A stretch of 64,000 nucleotides of DNA. Origin: Auanema rhodensis (Eukaryota > Animalia > Nematoda). Under the pieces are notes generated by a model. It was not told where the DNA came from, made no database searches, and was given only the letters and a program-made list of their open reading frames with translations. Below, piece by piece: positions 15,801-30,244 of this stretch; within the stretch, counting starts at the first letter, position 1, and each line of letters starts with the position of its first letter. A program made the position numbers and the translations under genes. The stretch is taken from contig OZ059898.1 in NCBI GenBank assembly GCA_964057225.1, positions 7,440,001-7,504,000 of the forward strand, written 5' to 3'.

Positions 15801-18800
15801 TTAATTACATTTCCAAAATAATAAATGATTAACAGCATCAGTTGTTGGATCTTGCTGAACATCACGCTCATCTAATCCTTCTCCACAACTTAGAATTAAA
15901 AGCTGAAAAAGATAAAGCATTGTTATAATTTTAAAACTTTAAGTTATTACTTCAGATGCTTGTTGAGCTGGAATATTGAGAGACATGCGTTTTTGTTTTT
16001 TGCTAACCGTAATATTGATTGGAATCAGAACACGAGATGGTCCACTATGACCCATTTCACATACTAAAATTGAAAATAAATTATATGTTGTAAGTTTGTG
16101 TTAAATATGCAACCTGTCAAGGTTGGATTTGGTTGAGATCGAGCTGAGTGAAGTGGGGCGCAGATAACGAAACCAGCTGACGTGCCTATCCACAGATGCC
16201 ACCTGGATACTGTCATGCAAGAAACACGTAAACAACCCATTTTATGTTCACGAAGTATATCTTCTCTGCCTAAAAATAACAAATTAATTATAAATAAATA
16301 AATAAAATAATATATTTAGTTTACCAGCTAATTGTGTTCGAACAGTAGCAGCAATATTAAAATGACTTAAAACTTCAAGAGTAAATGCATCAATAACATG
16401 AACAGTTGTTGATCTAAATATGTGACAATTATTTTTCAAATAAATTAAATATTTTTCTTCAAGAAATTATGAAACTTTTTCAAAAAATTGCTTACCTTTT
16501 GCCTGAAGCATAGATAACTGCTCCAGCTGCTGTAATAACAGTAACTTCATCACCTGTAGGAATAATATTCTGAGATACCTATAATATACAATTCAATTTG
16601 ATTATAACATATAAATAATTTAATTTTCTTTAAATCAACAAACCTGCCACTGTAGAGTTTGAGTATCAAATGAATAAAGTCTGTTTGAACTTGCAACAAT
16701 TAGTCGATGTCCTACAACTGCCATAGCAAGTACAGAAGCATCAAGTGAATGTTGAAGGTAACATGGATTGTCTAAATCCCATGAACGATCTAAAATTTTA
16801 ATTTAACTATAATAGTATAATTAAGTTTATATTAACCTGACTGTGGTTTGAAACATATGAGTATAGGCTCTGCATCTGTTGATGTAGCTATATAGACACA
16901 TCCATTACAAGGACTTATAGCTGTTACTGGATTAGCTAATCGAGCAACACGTTCACGTGGACGTGTTCGAACTCGATCAGTAGAATTCATAACAAATACT
17001 CTTTAATAATAATTATATTTATAATAATAATAATTAGATATACTTACTCTCCATCTTCATTACCAATCCACACAGTTGTTTGTCCTGCAGGTATAGCTCC
17101 ATCTTCTGATGATGAATCAGATGATTCACCGCTACTGCAATAGAATATCATTGAGAAACAGTTTTTTTTTCTTTTACAAACCTATGAAGATCCAATAAAC
17201 TATCATTACGGCCAAGCATATCAAGTGATTTTTGTGCTCTCATTTTTCGTTTTTTCTGTTTCCTTAATAATATTTTTTTTATAAAATTTATTAAAATTAA
17301 AATTATTTATTTATTACTTACATTGGAGGAGGTACTGTACATGCTGCAGTTATAGCAGCATTTCCTATTCCAGCACTGCTTTCAATAGATGGTTCACCAT
17401 TCTCTAATGAAACAACAGCAACCTTAATAGAATAATTAATTTCAAAAGATCAAAAATGGAATACTTGTCCACTGAATTTATCACTGGCACAAACCCAAAC
17501 AGAAGGAGCGCTATCAACTCTTTTACCAGGAACAACAGTTGCTTGACAAAGCTAAAAACAATAATAAATGTATCAAAAGTAAATTTTTAAATATTTTTAT
17601 GTTTTTGAAATTTCACCAAAAAAAAAAGAAAAAGATAATTACTTGTAATCCTGGACGTGTCTGATGTGCTATTACAGATTTAAGTTGACTAGATGGAGCA
17701 GATAATTGCTGATTAACTAAAATATATTTTATTTATATTTGAAATATATTATTATTATTAAAATTAAAATAAAAATAATGAATTAAAACTAACTCAAAGA
17801 GGCCTTCGTTTCTCTAAATGCACATTCCCATGCTGCTCTCTTTTCTGCACTACCAAATTCTAATGGAACAACTTCTAAACCATTTCTAAAAATCAAATAT
17901 AGTAAAAGAAAGTTTTGATTTTGAGATAAAAATAAAAATAAAAACAAACATAGTTGCAACACTAAGTTGAACTGTAGTTAAATCAGGATTTGTTGTCATT
18001 TGATCAGTTAATGACCGTAATCTCATTGAATTATCAGAATCAACTTCATCTAACATAGTAAGTAGTTTCTAAATATATTTAAAATAATTATTATAATTTA
18101 AAATTATAATAAACCTCTTTATTTGTTTTTAATAAATTAGCTAATTCAATTATTTTCTTGATAACTTTTTCATCTTCACGTACAGATTCAATAGCACTTT
18201 CAGTTTCTTGAAGCATTCCAAGTGTATCTGAAATATATTTTTATTTATTTTTATTTATAATATAAGAATCAATAACCTTTTCCTATTTGTACATCATCTA
18301 ATGATATTTTTATTAATAATTTGAATTTATTACTATCCAGAAAATCAGGTGATTGTGTTCTAAAAATATTCAATAAAAATTATAATTTAACTTATATGAT
18401 ATAGTAAAGTTTACATTAATTTTCCATTCTTATTTGGATTTTTTCTTTTAACACTTGTTAAAAGTAGTTGATCACTTAATGTGAAAACACATCGTTGTTG
18501 CTTTCCATCCCTTCCATTCATTGTAACCATATCATATCGGATGAGATTTCTTCCAGACGAGACCAGCTTGAACAATATTGTTTTTGAAATTTTATCCTCA
18601 GTATGCATGAACTTACGTCATCTAAACCATCTACAATAGCTTCAATTTCACGTAAGCGTTGTTCTTGTTGTTCATGAGCATCTTTATGCTGGTTGATAGC
18701 AACCTAGAAGAAAATATGATTTGTTAACTTTGAAAAAACTTAGAAGAAATGAGTGAACAAACAAAAAAAAGAAGAAATGAATGATTCTTACAGCTAAATT

Positions 18801-21304
18801 ATGGATATGTCTTTGAGCTCTACTTAGCCTTTCATGATCGCTATGTTCAACAGGTGTATGTTTCAACAATTGTTTAACCATGAGCTCATATCTGAAATGT
18901 TCGTTCTTACCTAGCCATCTTAAAAAAATAAAAAAAACCTTGGAATACGTTGTATAGGTGATATCAATAATGAATCAAGATCAAGTTTATTACGATGATC
19001 CCGACAACATCTCTTAATAATAATTAATATAATTAATTTAATTATTATAATTTTAACATACATTATAATATTTCTCAAATGAAGGTTTTAATCGAGCTTG
19101 AGCTATAGCCTGTTTTGCTGATTTGAAGTTATCCACAAATGAAATATATGTTTCAATCATTGATTGTTTTGAAAACTATATACATATAGTTAATAAAGAT
19201 TATAATTCAACAATGATAAACTTACATGACCCAATAAAACATCTCCAATAACAGAATCTTTGTGCCATGATTCAATACGTGAGCTGAGTGCTGCTAATAA
19301 AACCTTAAATACAGTTCAATATATAGTTTGTTTCAAGTTTTGTATGAACAAACTTGATGATGAGCTAGAATTTCAGGAATTCTGTAAAAAATTTTGTCAA
19401 CTAAACCAGCTTCAATGAGAGTACATTCTAATGGTTGTCTCAATGGTCTCATATATTTCTAAAAATATATTGAATTACATGTAAATTTCAAAGTAAATAT
19501 TTATATTTTTATTAAAATATAATATATTTTAATTAAATTTTTATAAATATTAATATTACAAACCGTTACAAGAAATTCTAAACCATCAACAAATGATTTT
19601 TCTGTATCAAATAGTTCTCTGGCAGCTAAGTTGCGAACACTAAAATTATAATAATTTATAATAATATTATATTATATTTAAAGTTTTTTTATAATATTTT
19701 ATTTTTATATAACTAAGCATCTGATGATGATTAGTGGCCATTGTGACGTAATTCTAATCTTTTAACCTTCAATATAACTACTTTGACCCTCTTTTCTTTA
19801 CAAAATGTGTAATAAGACCTAGGAACATAGTTTTCTTCAAAAATCTAAACATTCATAACGTATTTGTTCAAAATCAAATTAATAATTTTATATATTATAT
19901 TGAAATAATATTGAATACTATACCTATAATGTCTTCGAAGACTTGCACGAGATCGTTTTTTCCATAGCATTATATCAGCTTCCAATAATGAATTATCCAT
20001 TTGACAATCTTCATCAGCTGATTGAGAACATATATAAGGACTCCTAATATAGAAATATATTGGTGACATATAGTTAATAATACCAGGAAATAGTTGGATG
20101 TTGTTCAGGAGAACTTGGGCGACTTCGGAAGCTTTTCAACAACTTTGAAAAACGACTGACGCCAGCTAATGTTTCTGAGCCTTTTCTGTCAATCAGTTGA
20201 GTTGTGGATGAATAGAGCTCATCTACAACACCACGACGTCTAGAATACAGAATTGTATATCATGTTATGACTTCGTGTATATTACCTAGATCGAGGACTT
20301 TTTTCTGCTGAAATACTTTCAGGATACGATAAGTATGATGCATCAGGCGCAGACGTTTTTCGACTAATCGAATTTCGAGCTCGATAACTATCATGCTGAT
20401 TAGAAGCAAAATTTTCATGCCTGTATTGAATAAATGTAATAATTTATAATATATAATAATAATAATAATTAATTATAATATATTATAATATACCGTGTAG
20501 ATGGAAGAAATTGCATTACACCTCTTGGATGGCCAAGTTTTGTGGAAATTCCCGATAATCGGCCGTCAGTTCCAGTATCCGTTGCCGTTGATACATCATC
20601 AGCATCAGAAAAAACTTGAAGAACAAAATGATATATTTCGGAAAAATGAAGAAGTTATATGATACCTCCTCGATCAGATGAATGCTGAGGCGGTAGTTTC
20701 AGAACACGCTGAAGACTTTGAATTGATTTAGCTGCATCACGTAGTTCTTCAATTTCTGTGCTCATATCTTCGCCACCCGAATCACTATCATTCTAAACAT
20801 AAATAACATAAATAATATAAATTTCAGAAAAATATTTGCCTGAGCAACACTTGAAGCTAGCTTAGGTAGTTGATCTAATAGCAAACGAAGAGTATTTATA
20901 TCCAATTGCTGAAATCAGTATAAGGAATAGTTACATCAATACAAGCATTTACACTAACATCTTGCTGTGCTCCTTCGACATTTGGCTCAGAGTTGGTTTT
21001 TCTTAGCCTTTTTCTACTATCACTTCTTTCCCGACTGGCATAGATACTTCGCTGACGTCGTTCTCTTTCTCTTTCACGTGAATTTTCAAAATTCAGATTG
21101 AAATCAGATCTTCTTCTAGAAAAGATAAAAGTAACACATAAGTAATAGAAGATATTCAAACCTTGCTTGATGATGTTTGAATGAATTTCGTGTGCTTGGA
21201 GACACTGTAGCAGATCTACGTGGAATTCGAATAGGTGATAATGAGCTATCGGAAGAATCTGAGTCATCTGCATCATTTGGGTTCAACGAGTGCCTTGTTG
21301 GCAT
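15801..21304 (-). CDS. osg-1: Dbl-family Rho GEF of the ARHGEF10/ARHGEF17 type (DH domain, PH-like region, C-terminal WD40-like propeller), about 30 exons
   Basis: ATG 21304 (MPTRHSLNPND...) follows a TTTAG acceptor. DH motifs: RNLAARELFDTEKSFVDGLEFL, KIFYRIPEILAHH, YISFVDNF, LDSLLISPIQRIPRYELMVKQLLKHTPVEHSDH. The propeller region contains TVWIGNEDG and LWIGTSAG. C-terminus ...DAVNHLLFWKCN* (TAA 15801-15803) is typical of ARHGEF17-like proteins. The osg-1 symbol is from recalled C. elegans orthology. Confidence 0.88.
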
Positions 21305-22387
21305 AACCCTTTTATCTAAATATATAATATAAATACATTTATATAATTATATTAAAATGAAAATCAATTCAACAAAATGTGAGATGTTTTCAATAACGTG
21401 GAAATTTAAAACTTTTTTTTTTGCTATGACACTAAAAGATCAAGTTCAAGGTGGAAAAAAACGAAAAGAAGGTACCAAAAACCTAACAGATTCTAAAATT
21501 ATTTCGAAGAAAGTGCTTTGACGAAAATAATTTTGAAGCTTGAAGACTAGAAATCTTTTATTTTTGTGTTCAAGAAAAATATCTTAATTTCGAAATATCG
21601 TTTAAAGCAATATGTTGCGTGTAGTAAAGAGATTCGAGAAGCTCAAACGTGAGCTACAACATACACAGAGCATTCGGAAGAAGACAATAAAACGATTTGT
21701 CTGTTTTTTTCTCAAAGAAATAGTGAAGAAAAAAGATAATTTTCTTGTCTGGCCTATACAATCTATGACTAGGTTCGACGATTTAGCGTCCAAGAAGATG
21801 ATGATGATGATGAGAGCAGGCGCGCTTAAGAGCTGCTTGGACTTTTCACCATTCAGCTTTGTCTAGCTAGGCTAACAAACACAAAAAATAACTTTGAAGT
21901 CACTTGTTATCGAGTAATTTCAAATTTTATATTGTACTAGTCATATAACAAGATGTAAAGTATTTGTTCAATGTAATCAAGTATATAATACTTATAAATT
22001 TGAAGAAAAAAAAAGAAATAATTTTGAATTAAGTATTTAAATCAGCTGTTCTGAACATAATGTTGAAATGATGACTTTTTAAGTTTTTTTTTTCTTTTAG
22101 GAAAAAAAAAGCGTTAAGCTTTAAAAATAAGTTAGCCTAAGCGTGAAAAAAAAAGAAAAGAAAGAGAAGAAGTTGAATAGCAGAAGAATAAATATAATTC
22201 TATATAGTATATTACATAGTAACATAGAAAAAAAAAGATAAAAAAGAATAATTATTATAATAAAATAATATAAAAATATATTTAAATATTCATGAATAGT
22301 TAAACAAATATGTAATTGTATAATATAATAGTTAGCAAATTGTAAGGTAACCAGAAGATTGCAAAGATAGTTCTGCAAGGTGCTCAC

Positions 22388-22455
22388 CAGATTGTAATGT
22401 CCTCTTCGGTTCGGGTCAACTAGTCTCGAACAGCTGACGTATAATACCCGTTTGC
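22388..22455 (-). other. Candidate non-coding 5' exon or promoter island of the RhoGEF gene
   Basis: GC-richer island ending in a strong donor CTG|GTGAGC (22386-22387), about 1.1 kb upstream of the acceptor before the RhoGEF ATG. An in-frame TGA means it would be UTR. Confidence 0.3.
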
Positions 22456-23533
22456 CTGTTTAGAATTTTGATGTGTTTAACTGATTTTTAATGTGAAATG
22501 TAGTATATAATTAAATAATTTAATCAATAATCAACATATAAATTATAATATTTATATTTAAATAATACACTGTATCAAAATAACTTGTAAAGTATTTGTG
22601 TGAAAAAAAATCAGAAGATCAACATGATAGTGTGGAATCATTTTTCATTAGATTACAACTTAGTTGACTTGTTTATTGCTTACTCAGATCTTTCCAATAA
22701 AACGTTTTACAAAATTACTTTTGTTTCAAAAACAGTAAATTAAAAGTTTATTTCAAATATTAAATTATATAAAAAAATAAAATTATAAATATATAAAATA
22801 TATTTAAATAGAAAAGAATAAAATATAAAAATTAATATAAATATAAAATAAACTATACATATACATATAATATATAATATATAATAAATTATTTAATATA
22901 ACATTATATTTTTCTAAACTTTTTAGTTTTTATCTAATTTTTTATTAAAATTTATTCGAAGAATGCTCAATATAATCATTTTTTCTCAAAGCTTAACATC
23001 CTTTTTTACGATTGAACAGTTTTAAAACTCGAAATGAGAATAAGTCTTATCTCTTTATTTCATGCTTATCAAATTCTAAAAAAGCAAAAATACAAAATTT
23101 GTAATTCTATTCGTTATTTCAAAATAATTCTATTATAATAACTTTTACTCATACTATTATATAATATTATTTTAAATATAAACATCTTAAATTAATTAAT
23201 GAAAAGTAAAGGTAAAGGTAAAATCAAAATTTCTTTTGAAAGTTTTAAACCTTTTTTAAATATTATTAATGTATTATTATTGTTTAATATATTTTATAAT
23301 ATTACAAATTTTTTATATCTTTTATTGATAAAACTATAAATATTTTTCTTTTTTATGATTCTTATGTTCACAAACGAGTGAATAAATCGTTAGAAGAAAC
23401 TAAAAAAAAGAGGAGAAGATAAGTAAAAGTTTATTCCATTCTACAAAATCTTTTCATGCATTTAGATGATGTAGCTTTTCATTTATTTTTTTTTTACACA
23501 CAACATTACTCAGTTTTTGCCATAATCTTCTTC

Positions 23534-23535
<2 letters not shown>

Positions 23536-23569
<34 letters not shown>
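23536..23569. repeat. (CT)n microsatellite
   Basis: Dinucleotide run. Confidence 0.95.
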
Positions 23570-23571
<2 letters not shown>

Positions 23572-24920
23572 ATGTATTTCTAAAATGACAATGAAAATCG
23601 TCATTGTTGATGTCTTTTTTGACGTTCTATCTCGCACAAGTTGAATAATACCACATATTTGGGTTCATCTTGTAGCATTTTAGAGATAAGTATGTTAGGA
23701 TGAATTTTTGACAGAATATATAATGATTGTAGAAGCAAATACATCTCTTGTTTTCAAAGTTTTACGTATGACAGTCATCATCTTATATTTATAATTTTTT
23801 CGTTTTAAAATTTTATTTACTCCTTTTAATTTTTAAATTATATAAATCTTATTTTATATAAATGCGTATATAATATATTTAATACAATATTATATAATTC
23901 TTTATCTAAAAAAATATTTTCTTTTGAATTGAAAAATATTATTTTTCGTTTATTACTAAAACGGGCAAATTCAGCAGAAACAATCGTACCTTGTCAGATG
24001 GTTTCATTGATTTATAATATTCATTGGTAAAGCCATAGGTTTGTAGCAGCACACTCTCATTAGCTATAACATATAACTGTAACCAAAAAGCTTTTTCAAT
24101 CAAAAAATCATTAAATTAGATTGGAAATTAACAGAAATTATTGTAGTCAGTCATAATATATCTTATCAGCATGATTACGTGTTAGTTCCTATTTGAAAAG
24201 CAATGTTCTCTTTATTCTTTATTTAGTTTTAGAAATGAAAATTAAAAACTTAATACTGTATGTCATCTCATTCTCATTCTTATTCTCATAAATTTAATTT
24301 ATAACTTATTATTCTTATATTATGTATATTTTCTATTAAATATAAATAATAAAATATATTATTAATAGTAATATCAATAAAAATTTGAATAAACTTCAAT
24401 CCTTTTTAAAATTTTTGAAATGTAACTAGTTACTCATCTAGTTCTTTCTTTCTTTTTATTATATTTCATAAGTTTTGTAATCATTTTCATGACCATCCGC
24501 ATAAGTTTTATCTATCAACTTATGTCTAACCATTAAGATTGATCATTAATGGTTATTTCATATATTTTATTGTAAAATTTGTATAAGTTTGTACTCAAAA
24601 CCAAAAAAAAATTCTTTTTTTTCTCATATCCCTGATGGTTTTTAGATTGAAAGTCTTGATGTGTAAGACAAGCATTTCGTGTCAGAGATATTTCCTTAGT
24701 GATGCAAACATCAACTGCTTGTCGCTTTCACTTCTTTTATAGCCAAGCATGTGGTTGAACACAAGTGAATAGCTCAATGAAGACAGTGGACGACGATCAC
24801 GGGAGAGGGGAGGGGGAGAGAGTCTATCTATGACGTTTCGTCTTCAAAGTCATCATCAACGTTAAAAAAATGATGTTGAAATACAAAACAAAAGAGAAAT
24901 AAACTTAAAAAAAAGAAAAA

Positions 24921-24923
<3 letters not shown>

Positions 24924-24983
<60 letters not shown>
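24924..24983. repeat. (GA)n microsatellite
   Basis: Dinucleotide run. Confidence 0.95.
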
Positions 24984-24990
<7 letters not shown>

Positions 24991-26869
24991 TGAAATAGAA
25001 CATGACGATTCAGCCTGTTCCTTAGCTATTTATTCAAAAATTTTGATTTTCATAATATTTCATGCGAATGTTGTATATCACAGGATGATCATGTTACAAT
25101 GTTATTAAGCAATCTTTCAAGTGTATATATACATAATACTTTTTATAAATATAACAAAGATTTTCCTGATTATTTCTAAAAATCTCCAAGTAAAACGATA
25201 TTTTCCATTTTTTTTCTTTAATTGAACTAAATTATTGCCAATTTTCTTTTTTCTATTCAATATACATACATATGTCCTGTCAATTTGATTATTTTTCCGT
25301 TCAGTTAAATACTCTGTTTTACACCTTCAACAAGGTTGAAGATGACATACATAAGTACAGACGAATGTCCTCATTCTTCCTTTTAACTTCTTTTATCTTC
25401 TACAGATAGTTATTATCTCTCTATTGATCATCATGTTTTTGGCATCGTTAAGCATCATAAACTTAGTTGGAAATGAATTACCTTTGAGGTAATTATCTTT
25501 GATTTTTCCAAATATTTCATTTTTTCTTAGTAAAACTATAGTAATTACTCTTCTAACTATTACTAATATTCTTTCAATTTATTTGTTTTTTAAATTATTT
25601 ATATTATTATCTTTCTTATAAGCAATATCATATTAAACCAAAATTATAAAAATTTAAATTTTCTTATTTATTTTAAATAAACATTAATCTATATATTCAT
25701 TTATTTTTCATTTATCATAATTAATTATAAAAAAATTTATTTTATTTTTTAAAATAATAAATTTTAAACTTTAATCTATTATATATTATATAATAATACT
25801 ATTGAATATTATTATTATTATGCTATGTCTTCTTCACAGATTAGATATGCCATAGGAAATGTATTTGAAAACATTATGATTCTTCTTCTATTCTTATAAT
25901 TTCAATATTTTTTTGAAATTATAATATTTAAAATGACGTCATTAATAATATTTAAATATAACAGAATCCTTTTAATTTAAATATATATATATGGATTGTA
26001 TATATTATATTAAATATAATACATATATATTATAGATAATATTTTATATTAACTATGTGTTTTTCATACTATGAATCTTTATTTTTTTTTCTTATTTCTT
26101 CTTGTTTCTTCTTAACATTTTATTGAGTTTCAATTTTCTCATTTGTGTCAATCATATCGTTTATAGGAAAATGTCGACGAAATTCTTTAAATTTGATTCG
26201 AATGAGCTTTCTAATATACGATATCTTCTTTGTTGTTAAGTATAACTATCATTTTTATGTTTAAACTAAGTGAATGATACTGATTCAGGACATTAGAGTA
26301 CATCAATCAGAACATTCATGTTAATCTAATGCCTTTTTTCCCTTTTTTTTTCTATCTTTTTCATATATACATACATACATACATATCCAACATACAACAT
26401 ATCAGGGGTGGCCCAATATAGAAACTTCTAGACATGTCTTGATCCCAACGGACTTCAGACATCTTGACCACACCACATAATTTTAAAAGAACGTGCTAAA
26501 CATTTGTGAGTTTTTGTACAAATCAGTATTTTTTTATGAAAATTCATAAGTTTTTGCAAAATATTCAATATCGGAATATCTTTAAAACAAATTCGCATTT
26601 CCTGGCCTTAGGTACTCACCCACATCCCTAATACATGTTTATATGTATATTTTCTAGATGTTTTACTTTTCATTCTATTTCTCTTTTTTTTTCTTTTTTT
26701 TATTCGTTTTTTCGACATCTTCTATCTTATTGTCTAGACATCCACCAACCTGTATATGTTCTCATTTAAAAAAAAGAAATATATATATGGGTGGTTTTTC
26801 TTATTTCAATAGTACATTCGTCTTCTTCGTTTGTTAGCTATAGAAGTCATCTAGCCAATAACCTTTTGA

Positions 26870-26876
<7 letters not shown>

Positions 26877-26914
<38 letters not shown>
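26877..26914. repeat. (CT)n microsatellite
   Basis: Dinucleotide run. Confidence 0.95.
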
Positions 26915-26918
<4 letters not shown>

Positions 26919-29900
26919 ATTAAAAATATATTCTTTTTCTTATAAATTAAACTTTTATGTTATATATACTATCAATTTAAATCAAATCAAATCATTAAAA
27001 TTATTATTATTTCTATCATAAATCCTTTTATTTCTTCTTAATCATCTTTATAATTTATTATTAGAAATATATAAATATACATATTGTATATCATCATGTT
27101 TTCAAACTTTCAACAAATTGTTCTGATCATGATCATCTGATGCAACGATGTAGTTTTGTTCTTAAACTGTACCAAAGTCATTTACCCAATATCTTCAAAT
27201 TCTTTCGTTGACTGTTCCTTAATCGTTTACGAGCGACAAACGTTAGTTGTCAAACCTCGTTGATTTTGTGTATTCGTCACTGTGTGTGAACATGATTAAA
27301 CGATGAAAGATGCTTCTCTGGTATGAACCTATCACTTTCTTTTCTATTTTCAAAGTTTCTTTCAGCTGTTTCATCAACACGTTTGTACATTATCCTTTTG
27401 ATGCGTAAAATTTGTTTGAGGATTTCAGTACTTTCAAAGACATTCCAGAATTTTCCGGAAAATTATTTTTTTCAATTTGAAACCCTCGCAACTTCGTTTA
27501 AGAGTTTTTTTTCTTTTCATCATCTTTTCTGTTCATGTTCAATTCTACACATAGTTAATGGAACAGGACCAGCGAACAGCAACGATGTAGTTGCCGCCAT
27601 CGATGACGACGTCGTCGACGTACACATTTCGATGACCTCGTCGCCATGGTCGCCTTCTTTCTTTTCATCCACAGCTGGTCATCGTCATTTCACCCAACCT
27701 AACATCTCCAACTCTCCTCTCTTTCTTTTTCCATTTCTACCTTCATCTCTATCACTTTCCCTCTCTCCTTCTCTTCCTCTTTTTTATTTCTTTTTATCTC
27801 TCTCTCTTTCTCTCTCTTTAAGCGATCATGCTCACAGAATTGTCGTTCTCGTTTCTGTTGTTGTCAAAGTGGTAGTTTTTCAAATAGTCTTCTCTCATTT
27901 TTTTCTTTTACCTGTTACGATATGCCGAATGCAGCAATTTCTTTGATTCAGATTAATTTGAATATAATTTGCCTTAACTATATTCAATATCCATTTACTT
28001 ATTTGGTTATATTAACCTATAAGTTATATATATTATCAGCTAATAACTGTTTTAACTGAACAATCACTCATTACTCATCTGATTCATGTTTAGTTTCATA
28101 GACACTATCTTCGTCATCAGCACCAATGTTGTTGACGATGACAGCTGTTGTCATTGTCATTTCGGTACAAAGATAAATCTGAAAAGAAAAATGATTTTTC
28201 ATACAAAGCTTACATATCATAAGGTTATATTAATATATTATGTTTTATATAATTAATTTTATATTTAAATTATAAACATATGCATACTACATAGTATAAA
28301 ATAGTTAAATATTATAAAGTATCATAGTATATAGTATCATAGTTTTTTTTAATTTTAATTCACTGATTTCTCATTTAAAATTAAAATTAATTAATAATAT
28401 TTACTTATATGTACATAGATGATGCATCAACTATGACTATATATGTACATGCGCATTCATGTCCGATTTCAGTTCATTCACATTTCTACAGATTCTGTTA
28501 GACTACAATACTCTATTCACACATTCATATGTCTTTCTTTCTTAAGTTTTTGTTTTATCATCATTATCATAGACGTCGCCGTCGTCGTCGTCGCAGTCGT
28601 TGACGTCATCGTCTGTGTCTGTCGTAGTCGTCGCCATCAAGCGTTGCCGTCGTTGTCGTTGTCCTCGTCATCGACGTTGTCGTTCATGTCTCCATGTACT
28701 TTCCCGCCCAATCTGTGTCTTGTCTTCAATTCACATAAACGTTGCTAATAGCCTTCCATCTCTGTGAGGCTTTTCATGTCTTCGTTTTCCTTTTTCATTT
28801 ATTTTCATTCAGTACCTATCGTGTATCTTCTAAATCATATGTCTGTTTAGATGAAATCATAGAATAGAAAAAGGTTATTTTGAAATATAATGAATAAGAT
28901 ATATTAATTATATTTTATGATATTATTAAACAAATCTTAATTATATAGAATATATCTTTAGTATCAGTACAATATTTTTTTTTGGGAAAAATAGTTATCA
29001 AGAAAAAGATTGATCAAAACATGTTCATCTTCGTGTTTTCTAGTACTTCAAAATGTAAAAAATGATGTCTTACTCCATCAAGATTCAAACAAATAGCCGT
29101 TAAGTATGAATTACTGTTGTCCTTTTTCTAATTTATTAGATCTTTTCATTTCAGAATGTTTCGGTTATTTTGCACAAAACTTTGTATTCAACAACTCTAA
29201 TTAATTTATTTAATTGATATTCTACAATGTATTGAGAAAAAATTCTTTTTCTTTTTTTTTAATAATCTGTCAACTTTCTCACAAGTACATCGGTGAAAAT
29301 CATATTTTCATTTTAATTTTATTATAAATTCTATTATACTTCTCATGTTCTTTCAATTTAATTATTTAATGAGAAAAAAATTTATTTTGATAAAACATAA
29401 TTTTTTTTTACGAAAAATTATAAAATTGAAATAAACAAGAAATCAAATATTTTAATTTTTAGATAATTCTTATGGTAAATTTAAATAAAAAAATAAATAA
29501 AAACTTTAAAAGAATTAAAAAAGAATAATCATATGTATACATATGTATGTATATGAGTAGAACAAGTGAAGTGAAGAAGGATACAAAGCATTGAAAGAAC
29601 AAAAAAGGTAAAAGCTTGATACTCAATATGTCCTTTCTTTTTCATTTTTAGTCTCAAAAAATCCACTTAGTTAATAGTTTATTATATGTAATATTATATG
29701 ATATAAATATTGCTTTCTTTTACTTATCCTATAATCTGTTGAAATTCATTGTCTATTTTATGATATTGAACTCAAATTTCATTTAGACTTTGTTTAAACG
29801 AAAGGTTTCAGAAATCCTTATTTCCTTTCAAGTATTTTGCAAATTATAGTTTCTCTTTTTCATGTTAAAATCCAACAACTATTTTTATTTTAAAATTAAA

Positions 29901-30179
29901 AAAAAATTATAGAAAAGTTTTTAAGTTTTTGTAAAAATGGTTTCTTGTGAATGACTTGACTAAACTCCTCCATTCTGCACTTCATTGTCAAAGTATTGGG
30001 CTTATAAAGTCATTGAGTTCATCTGAGTTGTCGTTCACTCTCCTCTCTTCAACACATCTTGCCCTCCTTTATTCTTATGGCTCTGTTTCCTATCTCACTT
30101 ACCGCTTTGTTCTCTTAGACATTAGTTATGTGCTCCTTTTCGGTTTCATTCGAAGAGTCGGATTATGCCTCTCAGTCTT

Positions 30180-30180
<1 letters not shown>

Positions 30181-30244
<64 letters not shown>
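30181..30244. repeat. (CT)n microsatellite
   Basis: Dinucleotide run. Confidence 0.95.

Noticed and set aside
22380-22460. tRNA-like element (GGTTCGGGTC resembles a B box)
   Set aside because: No cloverleaf, A box or acceptor stem could be built.
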